From Candidatus Eiseniibacteriota bacterium (GTDB lineage Bacteria > Eisenbacteria > RBG-16-71-46 > JABDJR01 > JAWXBZ01), in assembly GCA_034440375.1 (NCBI GenBank), contig JAWXBZ010000090.1:1-15852 (forward strand): 15,852 bases of DNA. The letters run 5' to 3'. Below, piece after piece: positions 1 through 6,523 of this stretch. The notes under the pieces are model-generated. The model did not search any database. It was not told the DNA's origin and saw only the letters and a program-made list of their open reading frames with translations. The position numbers were made by a program, and so were the translations under genes. The number at the start of each line of letters is the position of its first letter. Position 1 is the first letter of the stretch.

Positions 1-327
1 CGCCGCGATGACCAGCTTCGGCGTCTGCTCGAGGCGGTTCAGGGTCTCGTTGGCATGCAGGCAAAAGAAGAATTTAAAGCGCGGCGTCACCGAGTTGAGC
101 ATGGCGATGTTCGCGCCGGCGCTGAAGAACTTGTCGCCGTGGCCGCGCAGGACGATGACGTGAACGGATTCGTCCATGCGGGCTTTCAGGATGGCCTGGT
201 CGAGTTGGGTCATCATTTCATAGGTGTAGGTGTTGGCGGGCGGGTCGTTCAGCGTGATGATTCCCAGGCCGTCCTGGGAAGTGAAGTCGACGAGCGTCTT
301 CTCGGCGACGAGCGTGTTATCGGACAT
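1..327 (-). CDS. Enoyl-CoA hydratase/isomerase (crotonase) family protein, 5' part only (runs off the left edge)
   Basis: Not in the ORF track. Manual translation from ATG at 327: MSDNTLVAEKTLVDFTSQDGLGIITLNDPPANTYTYEMMTQLDQAILKARMDESVHVIVLRGHGDKFFSAGANIAML...RLEQTPKLVIAA. It carries the crotonase motifs ITLNxPxxN, VIVLxGxGxxFxAGA(D/N) and PKxVIAA. RBS AAAGGAG lies 8 nt upstream. Confidence 0.93.
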   Translation of the reverse strand, partial: MSDNTLVAEKTLVDFTSQDGLGIITLNDPPANTYTYEMMTQLDQAILKARMDESVHVIVLRGHGDKFFSAGANIAMLNSVTPRFKFFFCLHANETLNRLEQTPKLVIAA

Positions 328-456
328 GAGCAAGACTCCTTTCGATGGTCGGGTGCCGTCGAGATATCCGCGACGGGTCTGGTGTCACACGGAGCCGCCG
401 CCGCGCGGCGCTCCACTCTCAATGAAATCAGCTGCGATGCGGTCCTGCCAGGTCAG

Positions 457-518
457 TTGAATAGCGTCGTTCAAGGATTGAAATGGCAGTCAAGTTGTTA
501 CATTGAAACAAGTTAGGT
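457..518. promoter_or_regulatory. AT-rich putative promoter/operator region upstream of the crotonase gene, with several inverted repeats
   Basis: TTGAA-N8-TTCAA (457-474), TTGA-N8-TCAA (478-493) and TTGTT-N7-AACAA (495-511) occur in an AT-rich patch within GC-rich DNA. Confidence 0.45.
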
Positions 519-650
519 CGTTGGCGAAGTTCGCACACAGCGCCGCACGACGCGAAGGAGTTCACTGTACCGTGCGGACGGCCCCCCGGGCAAGATCAGT
601 CTCAGGCAGGCAAAACGGCGCCCTCGTAGGTACGGAGCGCCGCTCCGCAT

Positions 651-686
651 AAAAATACGGGGAGCGGATCGGTGTCCGCCCCCCGC
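651..686 (-). terminator. Rho-independent terminator (possibly bidirectional)
   Basis: On the minus strand GCGGGGGGCGGA-CACCGA-TCCGCTCCCCGT forms a 12-bp stem (2 G.U pairs) followed by ATTTTT. On the plus strand the stem is followed by TTCTCTTCT. Confidence 0.75.
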
Positions 687-773
687 TTCTCTTCTCCACC
701 GTGGCCCGGGACGGAGACACGGCAGTTCCTGCGCAGCCGGGTGGGTCAACTGTCCAGCCAACCGACCCGTCCC
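651..773 (-). ncRNA. Candidate structured RNA element of unknown family
   Basis: GGGACGG (773-767) can pair with CCGTCCC (714-708). An inner 10-bp hairpin GGGTCGGTTG-GCTGGA-CAGTTGACCC (768-743) overlaps that arm by 2 nt. A -10-like TATACA (785-780) lies upstream and the terminator (686-651) downstream. No family recognised. Confidence 0.3.
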
Positions 774-811
774 TACTACTGTATAGAAGCGTCAAATCGT
801 GACGAACCGGG

Positions 812-1012
812 TCATTTTTCCGCCACAATCAGCTTTTTCGACACCGTATGCCCCCCTGCAGTCAGCCGGTAGAGGTAGATGTCCGAAGGAACCTCGGAGC
901 CGGCCCCGTCCCGGCCATCCCACTCGATGGAAAGGCTGCCCGCGTCGAATGTGTCCTTGACGAGGGTCCCACCGGCCACCGGGTTCGGAACATTCTGCGT
1001 GGGAATTTTGAT
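812..1012 (-). pseudogene. Remnant of an FlgD-Ig / T9SS type A-like C-terminal sorting domain
   Basis: Open frame with no ATG: IKIPTQNVPNPVAGGTLVKDTFDAGSLSIEWDGRDGAGSEVPSDIYLYRLTAGGHTVSKKLIVAEK*. This matches the QNxPNP...TLV...WDGRDxxGxxVPSGxYxYRL...KKL signature, but the segment that normally follows PNP is missing. An upstream in-frame stop lies at 1027-1025. Confidence 0.75.
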
Positions 1013-1014
1013 CG

Positions 1015-2469
1015 TCAGTTCAGGTCAATCCAGACCGTCTTCGTCTGCGTGTATTCGCTGAGCGCATGCATGCCAAGTTCGCGGCCGAATCCGCTCTGCT
1101 TGTAGCCGCCGAACGGCGCGGCGGGGTCGTAGAAATTGTAGGTATTGACCCATACGGTGCCGGCTTCGAGACGGGCAGACAGGCGATGGGCGCGCCGGAG
1201 ATCGTTGGTCCAGAGCCCCGCGGCCAGGCCGTACATGTGGTCATTGGCCAACGCGATGGCGTCGTCGTCGCTCGAAAATTTCATGACGGCCACGACCGGA
1301 CCAAAAATTTCCTCCTGGGCGATGGTCATGCCCGGGGTCACGTTATCGAAAATCGTCGGCTTCACGAAGAAACCGTTGCCGATGACGTTGCGCTCGCCGC
1401 CGGTCACGAGGCGGGCGCCCTGATCACAACCCTGGGCAATGTAGGCCAGGATGGAGTTCATGTGCGCTTCGCTGACCTGGGCGCCGATGCGGGTCTTGGG
1501 ATCGAACGGATCGCCCTGTTTCATTCCCTCGGCGGTGGTCTTCAGCATCTCGACGAATTCGTCGTGTATCGACTCGTGCAGGAGCAGGCGCGAGCCGGCC
1601 GTGCAGATTTCACCCTTGCCGTAGAAGATGCCGTTGATGGCGCCCCGCACGGCCGCCTTGAGATCGGCGTCACCGAAGACGATGTTGGCGCTCTTGCCGC
1701 CCAGTTCGAGCGATAGGCGCTTCAGCGTGTCGGCCGCGCTCTTCATGATCGACTTGCCGACCGGCGTCGAACCCGTGAAGGCCACCTTGGCCACGCGCGG
1801 GTCCTCGAGCAACGCCTGCCCGGCCACCGAGCCCTTGCCGGTCAGGATGTTCAGCACGCCCGGCGGCAGGCCGGCCTCGATTCCCAGTTCCCCGAAGCGA
1901 AGGCACGAAAGTGGTGTCAGTTCCGCCGGCTTCAGAACCACCGTGTTCCCCACCGTCAATGCCGCGGCCACCTTGTACACCGACAGGAGCAGCGGAAAAT
2001 TCCAGGGCGTGATGGCTGCTACGACACCGAGCGGTTCGTGCCGCGTGTAGGTGTGGAACTGTCCACGCACCGGCAACACCTCGCCGTGCACTTTGTTGGC
2101 CCAGCCGGCGTAGTAGCGCAGCGCCTCGACGGCCAGCGGCACATCGATCCGACGGCTCTCGAAAAACGGCTTGCCGTTGTCGAGCGATTCCAGCGTGGCT
2201 ACCTCATCGGCGTGCGTTTCGAGGAGGTCAGCCAGCTTGTACAGAATTCGCCCTCGCTCCGTTGCCGGCAACCCCGGCCAGGGACCGTGTCGAAAGGCGT
2301 TGTGCGCCGCATCCACGGCCTTGCGCGCATCCTCCGCCGTGGCCGAGGCCACATCGATCAGCTTTTCGGCCGTGGCCGGATTGATCGTGGGGTGCACCGC
2401 GCCATTGGAGGCGGGGAACCGCTCGCCGGCAATGAGGAGATTGGTATTGGGAAAGACTGGTGTGGTCAT
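1015..2469 (-). CDS. NAD(P)-dependent aldehyde dehydrogenase
   Basis: 484 aa with ITPWNFP, KPAELTP, FTGSTxVG, LELGGKS (catalytic Glu), GEICTAGSR (catalytic Cys), EEIFGPV and PFGGYKQSGFGRE. RBS-like AAAGGG upstream. The substrate cannot be assigned. Confidence 0.97.
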   Translation of the reverse strand: MTTPVFPNTNLLIAGERFPASNGAVHPTINPATAEKLIDVASATAEDARKAVDAAHNAFRHGPWPGLPATERGRILYKLADLLETHADEVATLESLDNGKPFFESRRIDVPLAVEALRYYAGWANKVHGEVLPVRGQFHTYTRHEPLGVVAAITPWNFPLLLSVYKVAAALTVGNTVVLKPAELTPLSCLRFGELGIEAGLPPGVLNILTGKGSVAGQALLEDPRVAKVAFTGSTPVGKSIMKSAADTLKRLSLELGGKSANIVFGDADLKAAVRGAINGIFYGKGEICTAGSRLLLHESIHDEFVEMLKTTAEGMKQGDPFDPKTRIGAQVSEAHMNSILAYIAQGCDQGARLVTGGERNVIGNGFFVKPTIFDNVTPGMTIAQEEIFGPVVAVMKFSSDDDAIALANDHMYGLAAGLWTNDLRRAHRLSARLEAGTVWVNTYNFYDPAAPFGGYKQSGFGRELGMHALSEYTQTKTVWIDLN

Positions 2470-2515
2470 GATCGCACCCTTTCAGGGGATGGTTGCCGGG
2501 TTGGCAGGGGCGGGC

Positions 2516-2521
2516 AGTATA
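2516..2521 (-). promoter_or_regulatory. Putative -10 element of the aldehyde dehydrogenase promoter
   Basis: TATACT on the minus strand, about 46 nt upstream of the ATG, in GC-rich DNA. No clear -35. Confidence 0.4.
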
Positions 2522-2569
2522 GCCAGCGGGGGGGCACGGGGGCTATCCCAGCCTCTCGTCGGCTCCGGG

Positions 2570-2845
2570 CTAACGTCGAAGCAGCCGTGCGGCGTGAAAG
2601 ACGGTCACGATCTCCACAGACTCGTCGACAAGGCGGTGCACCAGCCGATAACTATCATGGATGACCTCCCGCAGTCAGTCGCTGCCAACTTCGGGGACGA
2701 CCCGGCCAGACCGCGGAAACTGCTCAAGTCGACTGACTGCCTGAATCAATCGATCGACCAACAGGCGGGCGTAGAGGTCCGAGTCACGTTGGACGTACAC
2801 GCGGATGGCCTCGACGTCTTCAACAGCCTGGCGGGTCCAGATCAC
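2570..2845 (-). pseudogene. RelE/ParE family type II toxin with an internal nonsense codon
   Basis: Not in the ORF track. Translation from GTG at 2845: VIWTRQAVEDVEAIRVYVQRDSDLYARLLVDRLIQAVSRLEQFPRSGRVVPEVGSD*LREVIHDSYRLVHRLVDESVEIVTVFHAARLLRR*. This is a full-length ParE/RelE pattern (WTxxAxxD, FPxSGRVVPE, YRLxxR, IxTVFH) with TGA at 2677-2675. Confidence 0.9.
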
Positions 2846-3033
2846 CTGGGTCGCCGGAGCAGGCGTTTCCTGGCTTCCTCATGGGTCATGGTATCCCCCG
2901 CATCAGCCTGTTCCAGGCCTTTCTGAACTTTTGCCAGGGAAAAAAGGCGCTCCATGGCGTCTTCGATCGTGGCATCGGCGGGTAATGCCTCCACGGCATC
3001 GAGAACCTGTTGTTTGACGCTAATCGGGGCCAA
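2842..3033 (-). CDS. Small antitoxin of the type II TA pair (partner of the RelE/ParE toxin)
   Basis: 63 aa: KQQVLDAVEALPADATIEDAMERL...KVQKGLEQADAGDTMTHEEARKRL. TTG start with RBS GGAGG 5 nt upstream. Its stop overlaps the toxin-frame GTG (GTGA). Confidence 0.85.
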   Translation of the reverse strand: MAPISVKQQVLDAVEALPADATIEDAMERLFSLAKVQKGLEQADAGDTMTHEEARKRLLRRPR

Positions 3034-3161
3034 GACAACCTCCAGTGGTTGGCGGAGGGACGAGGTACAGGGTACGGCTGGCCCATCATTCCTTCAAGCC
3101 GGTTTGCCCGTCCGGCCCCCTGGCTGTTTCCCGACGCCTGCTTCTGAAGTAACCTGTGGCC

Positions 3162-3653
3162 ATGAAGCCACTGGTCGGGATCATCATGGGTTCGAAAAGT
3201 GACTGGGAGACGCTGCGGCACACGGCCGCCCAGCTTGACGATCTGAAGATCCCGTATGAGGTGAAGGTCGTTTCGGCTCACCGGACGCCGGATCTTCTGT
3301 TCGAGTATGCAGCCGGCGCTGAAGGGCGTGGGCTTGAAGTCGTGATTGCCGGGGCCGGCGGCGCTGCCCATTTGCCGGGCATGACCGCCTCCAGGACGAT
3401 CCTGCCGGTCATCGGCGTACCGATTCAGTCGGCCGCTCTGAATGGTCTCGACTCGCTCCTGTCGATCGCCCAGATGCCGGGCGGGATTCCGGTGGCCACC
3501 ATGGCCATCGGGCGTCCGGGTGCCGTGAACGCGGCACTCATGGCCGCGGCCATCCTGGCCACTCATCACGCGCCCGTTCGCGAGGCGCTTCAGAAGTTTC
3601 GCGCCGAACAGACCCGTTCCGTTCTCGATCATCCTGACCCGCGCGAAGCATGA
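3162..3653 (+). CDS. purE: N5-carboxyaminoimidazole ribonucleotide mutase
   Basis: [50 protein letters not shown]. Start is ATG 3162, alternatively GTG 3156. Confidence 0.98.
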   Translation: MKPLVGIIMGSKSDWETLRHTAAQLDDLKIPYEVKVVSAHRTPDLLFEYAAGAEGRGLEVVIAGAGGAAHLPGMTASRTILPVIGVPIQSAALNGLDSLLSIAQMPGGIPVATMAIGRPGAVNAALMAAAILATHHAPVREALQKFRAEQTRSVLDHPDPREA

Positions 3654-4747
3654 GGATCGGCGTTCTAGGCGGTGGCCAGCTCGGGCGAATGCTGGCCCTG
3701 GCCGGACTGCCCCTGGGACACACGTTCACCTTTCTCGACCCCGGTGATGCGGCGCCCATGGCGCCCGTGGCCCGCCAGATCCGGGCCAGGTACGACGACA
3801 AGGCCGCGCTCGACCAACTCGCCGCCGCGTGCGATGTCGTCACCTGGGAATTCGAGAACGTTACGGCGGGCCCGCTGCTTCATCTGGAGGCCGACGGCGT
3901 GCCGGTGCGGCCCGGGCCCCGCTCCCTGGAGCCCAAGCAGGATCGCCTGGATGAGAAACTCTTCTTTCGTCGCCTCGGCATTCCCACCACGGACTTTGAG
4001 CCGGTTGATTCCCGATCGGAGTTCGACGGGGCGCTGAAGAGGCTCGGAACGCCGATCGTGGTCAAGACACGTCGCCAGGGGTACGACGGCAAGGGACAGG
4101 CGGTCATTGACCGGCCGGATCAGATCGAGGACGCCTGGGCCGGACTCGGTGGCCAGCCGTTGCTGCTCGAGAGGAAGATCCCCTTTGATCGAGAGCTCTC
4201 GATACTGGCCGTCCGCAGTTTGTCCGGCGAGTGTCGCTTCTGGCCGCTTGTCGAAAACAGGCACGAGTCGGGAATGCTGGTGAGAAGCGTGGCGCCGATG
4301 GCGGACGATACACCGCAGCTTGAAGCGCAGGCCGACGACTATGTCCGGCGCATTCTTGATTCGATTGGTCATGTCGGGGTGCTGGCGCTTGAGCTCTTCC
4401 AGGTGGGAGACGATCTGCTGGCCAACGAGATGGCACCCCGTGTGCACAACTCCGGCCACTGGACGATTGAGGGGGCGGTGACCAGCCAGTTCGCCAACCA
4501 CGTCAGGGCGATCACGGATCGACCGCTTGGTTCGTGCGAGGCGGTGGGCCTTTCCGTCATGATCAATCTCATCGGGACGGTCCCGGACGAGCACGCCTTG
4601 CTCACCGTCCCGGGAGCCTCGTTACATCTTTATGGGAAGTCAGAAGCTCCACGACGGAAGTTGGGTCATGTCACGGTGGTTTCACGGACGATCGAGGAAC
4701 GGATGAAGTCCCTCGCAGTCCTGGACTCGCTGCAATCCAAGGCTTAG
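3650..4747 (+). CDS. purK: N5-carboxyaminoimidazole ribonucleotide synthase (ATP-grasp)
   Basis: [46 protein letters not shown]...RKLGHV. ATGA overlap with the purE stop. Confidence 0.98.
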   Translation: MRIGVLGGGQLGRMLALAGLPLGHTFTFLDPGDAAPMAPVARQIRARYDDKAALDQLAAACDVVTWEFENVTAGPLLHLEADGVPVRPGPRSLEPKQDRLDEKLFFRRLGIPTTDFEPVDSRSEFDGALKRLGTPIVVKTRRQGYDGKGQAVIDRPDQIEDAWAGLGGQPLLLERKIPFDRELSILAVRSLSGECRFWPLVENRHESGMLVRSVAPMADDTPQLEAQADDYVRRILDSIGHVGVLALELFQVGDDLLANEMAPRVHNSGHWTIEGAVTSQFANHVRAITDRPLGSCEAVGLSVMINLIGTVPDEHALLTVPGASLHLYGKSEAPRRKLGHVTVVSRTIEERMKSLAVLDSLQSKA

Positions 4748-4983
4748 TTGACCAATATTGTATTAGAGTAAAACTCTTGATGGGCCACGGATAAAACGTG
4801 TGTCACCACGTTAATCGGGTCAATGGTGAATTCAAATTGAAACCGTAAACTTGTCAATAAAAGCCATTAACTTGTTTATAACACTCAAGTTAGGTTCTTG
4901 GCAGCCGATCACCACGCCAGACAAGAAACTGGGCAATTTGAACCAAATTGTCGCGAATCGACCCCCGTCGGGCTGGAGATGCA
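4748..4983 (+). promoter_or_regulatory. AT-rich promoter/regulatory region of the DUF11 operon
   Basis: Visibly AT-rich 236-bp intergenic region. Inverted repeats: TTCAA-A-TTGAA (4831-4841), TAACTTG-N11-CAAGTTA (4868-4892), CAATTTG-AAC-CAAATTG (4934-4950). RBS GGAG at 4975-4978. Confidence 0.6.
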
Positions 4984-6000
4984 ATGACTTCGTGTTTCAA
5001 CAAGAGAAATCCTGTTTGGGCAACATGGGTGACAGCCGCCATCGTCGTCAGCCTCTTCCTCGGCACCGCTTCGGAATCCGGAGCCGCCGGCACCGCGGCC
5101 TGCCGCGAGATCGTCAACCAGGCTACGGCCAGCTGGACGATTGGAATCACCGACTTCTCCGTGTCCAGCAATTCGGTCACGACGACCGTGGCGGAAATTC
5201 TGGATGTCGTCACGACCTGGCAGGATGCCTCGGCGGTGGTGGTGACCTCGGCCGCCACATCGCAGGTGCTGACGTTCCTCGTCACGAACATCGGGAACGG
5301 TACGGATTCCTACACGCTGACGCCGGCCGACAACCTGGGCGGCGACAACTTCGACCCGGGCTTCGTCCGCCTTGTGCTCGACAGCAACACCAACGGCATG
5401 TATGACGCGGGCGTCGACCAGCCATACCTGGCCGGCGTTGACGATCCGGTACTGGCCGCTGATTCGTCCGTTGTCGTCTTTGCCCTGAATGATGTCTCGG
5501 CCGGTCTGAATGATGGCGATACCGGCGACTTTCAACTGACCGCCACATCCAGAACCGGAAGCGGCGCCCCGGGCACAGTCATTCCCGGGGGCGGCGAATG
5601 CGGCAACAACGCGGTGGTCGGTAATTCCGGCGGCGAATCGTCAGCCATCGGCACCTACGTCAAGTCGGACGTTGTCGTCGGCATGACCAAGTCCGCCCAG
5701 GTCAGCGACCCGTTCGGCGGAACCGAACCGGTCCCAGGCGCCACCGTCACCTACACCATTCAGGTCACCATTTCAGGAACAGGGACGGCAAACAATCTCA
5801 ATATCGTCGATCCGATTCCGGCCAACACCACCTACGAGACTGGCTCGCTGACGCTCAACAGCGCCGGGCTCTCGGACGCCCTCGACCTGGACGCGGGAGA
5901 TGTTGGCGGAACGGCGGCCGACACGATCACCGTCCAGATGGGCAATGTCGCCGCCGGTGGTGGCGTTCACACGATCACGTTTACCGTCACCATCGATTGA
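4984..6000 (+). CDS. Secreted DUF11-family protein A, putative pilus shaft/minor subunit (N-terminal donor hairpin + middle Ig-like domain + C-terminal incomplete DUF11)
   Basis: ATG 4984 with RBS. Sec signal ends ...SESGA|. Mature N-terminus AGTAACREIVNQATASW...SSNSVTTTV. Middle domain has TNIGNGTD and DSNTNGMYDAGVD. C-terminal domain MTKSA...PGATVTYTI...IVDPIPANTTY...TITFTVTID*. The subunit role is inference. Confidence 0.85.
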   Translation: MTSCFNKRNPVWATWVTAAIVVSLFLGTASESGAAGTAACREIVNQATASWTIGITDFSVSSNSVTTTVAEILDVVTTWQDASAVVVTSAATSQVLTFLVTNIGNGTDSYTLTPADNLGGDNFDPGFVRLVLDSNTNGMYDAGVDQPYLAGVDDPVLAADSSVVVFALNDVSAGLNDGDTGDFQLTATSRTGSGAPGTVIPGGGECGNNAVVGNSGGESSAIGTYVKSDVVVGMTKSAQVSDPFGGTEPVPGATVTYTIQVTISGTGTANNLNIVDPIPANTTYETGSLTLNSAGLSDALDLDAGDVGGTAADTITVQMGNVAAGGGVHTITFTVTID

Positions 6001-6013
6001 GGGGGATGAACCG

Positions 6014-6496
6014 ATGACACGATTCCGCACGCTGCTGATGATGGTCGTTCTTGCGGTCGGCGCGACTGAAGTTCTGGCCGGCGAAGCCGTCACGCTCCAT
6101 ACCGAAGCCCTGACGGAAGTGACCCTGGTCAACGAAGAGGGCAAGACCGAAGTCCGACTCGTCGAGGCGGCCCGTGTGGCTCCCGGCGACGAGGTGGTGT
6201 ACGCCATCCACTGGGAAAACTCCGGCCGGAAGCCAGCCGAAGCTGTGGTGATCACCAATCCGATCCCGAAACACATGGTCTGCACGACGATCGAGGAGGC
6301 CGCCCCCGCGCGAACAACCGTGTCGGTGGACGGCGGCAAGTCGTTTGGCCCCCTGGCACGTCTGACGGTGGCCGGACCGAACGGGACGACCCGACCGGCG
6401 ACGGCCGCCGACTGCACACATGTGCGTTGGAATTTCGATCAGCCGCTTCCCCCGGGCCACAAGGGGACATTTCATTTTCGCGCCAACCTGCTCTAG
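6014..6496 (+). CDS. Small secreted DUF11-like protein B lacking the isopeptide residues (putative chaperone/cap)
   Basis: ATG 6014 after GGGGGA. Signal peptide ends ...TEVLA|. Sequence APGDEVVYAIHWENSG...VVITNPIP...SVDGGKSF...THVRW...FHFRANLL*. The role is inference. Confidence 0.82.
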   Translation: MTRFRTLLMMVVLAVGATEVLAGEAVTLHTEALTEVTLVNEEGKTEVRLVEAARVAPGDEVVYAIHWENSGRKPAEAVVITNPIPKHMVCTTIEEAAPARTTVSVDGGKSFGPLARLTVAGPNGTTRPATAADCTHVRWNFDQPLPPGHKGTFHFRANLL

Positions 6497-6523
6497 CCCC
6501 CACACTTCAGAAGGAGAACATCC

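Noticed and set aside
55-516. 153-aa + strand ORF and other short ORFs at 513-1105
   Set aside because: They are antisense to the crotonase gene or the FlgD-Ig remnant, or they cross the terminator, and they lack protein-like features.
516-620. Glycine-riboswitch-like words on the + strand (GAAGGAG ... TCTCAGGC, flanked by GTCGTT/AACGGC)
   Set aside because: The GGAGA and CCGAAG core elements are missing, and no + strand gene lies downstream for it to regulate. An Rfam scan would settle it.
391-647. Short GGAGC...GCTCC hairpins at 391-414 and 633-647 as a REP family or CRISPR
   Set aside because: There are only two short, dissimilar GC-rich copies with no regular spacing, which is compatible with chance.
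690-773. HDV-like ribozyme reading of the minus-strand structure (P1 followed by GG and a small P4)
   Set aside because: There is no catalytic C in the J4/2 position and no complementary P2 strand.
2675-2677. In-frame TGA in the toxin as selenocysteine or a recoded codon
   Set aside because: TGA is the normal stop of ALDH, purE and genes A and D. The position is a variable loop rather than a Cys site, and Trp is encoded by TGG in the genes I translated.
4948-4983. Longer ORF-track starts for gene A (4948), gene B (5900) and yqeY (14306)
   Set aside because: Downstream ATGs at 4984, 6014 and 14627 have RBSs and give proper signal peptides or family-length proteins.
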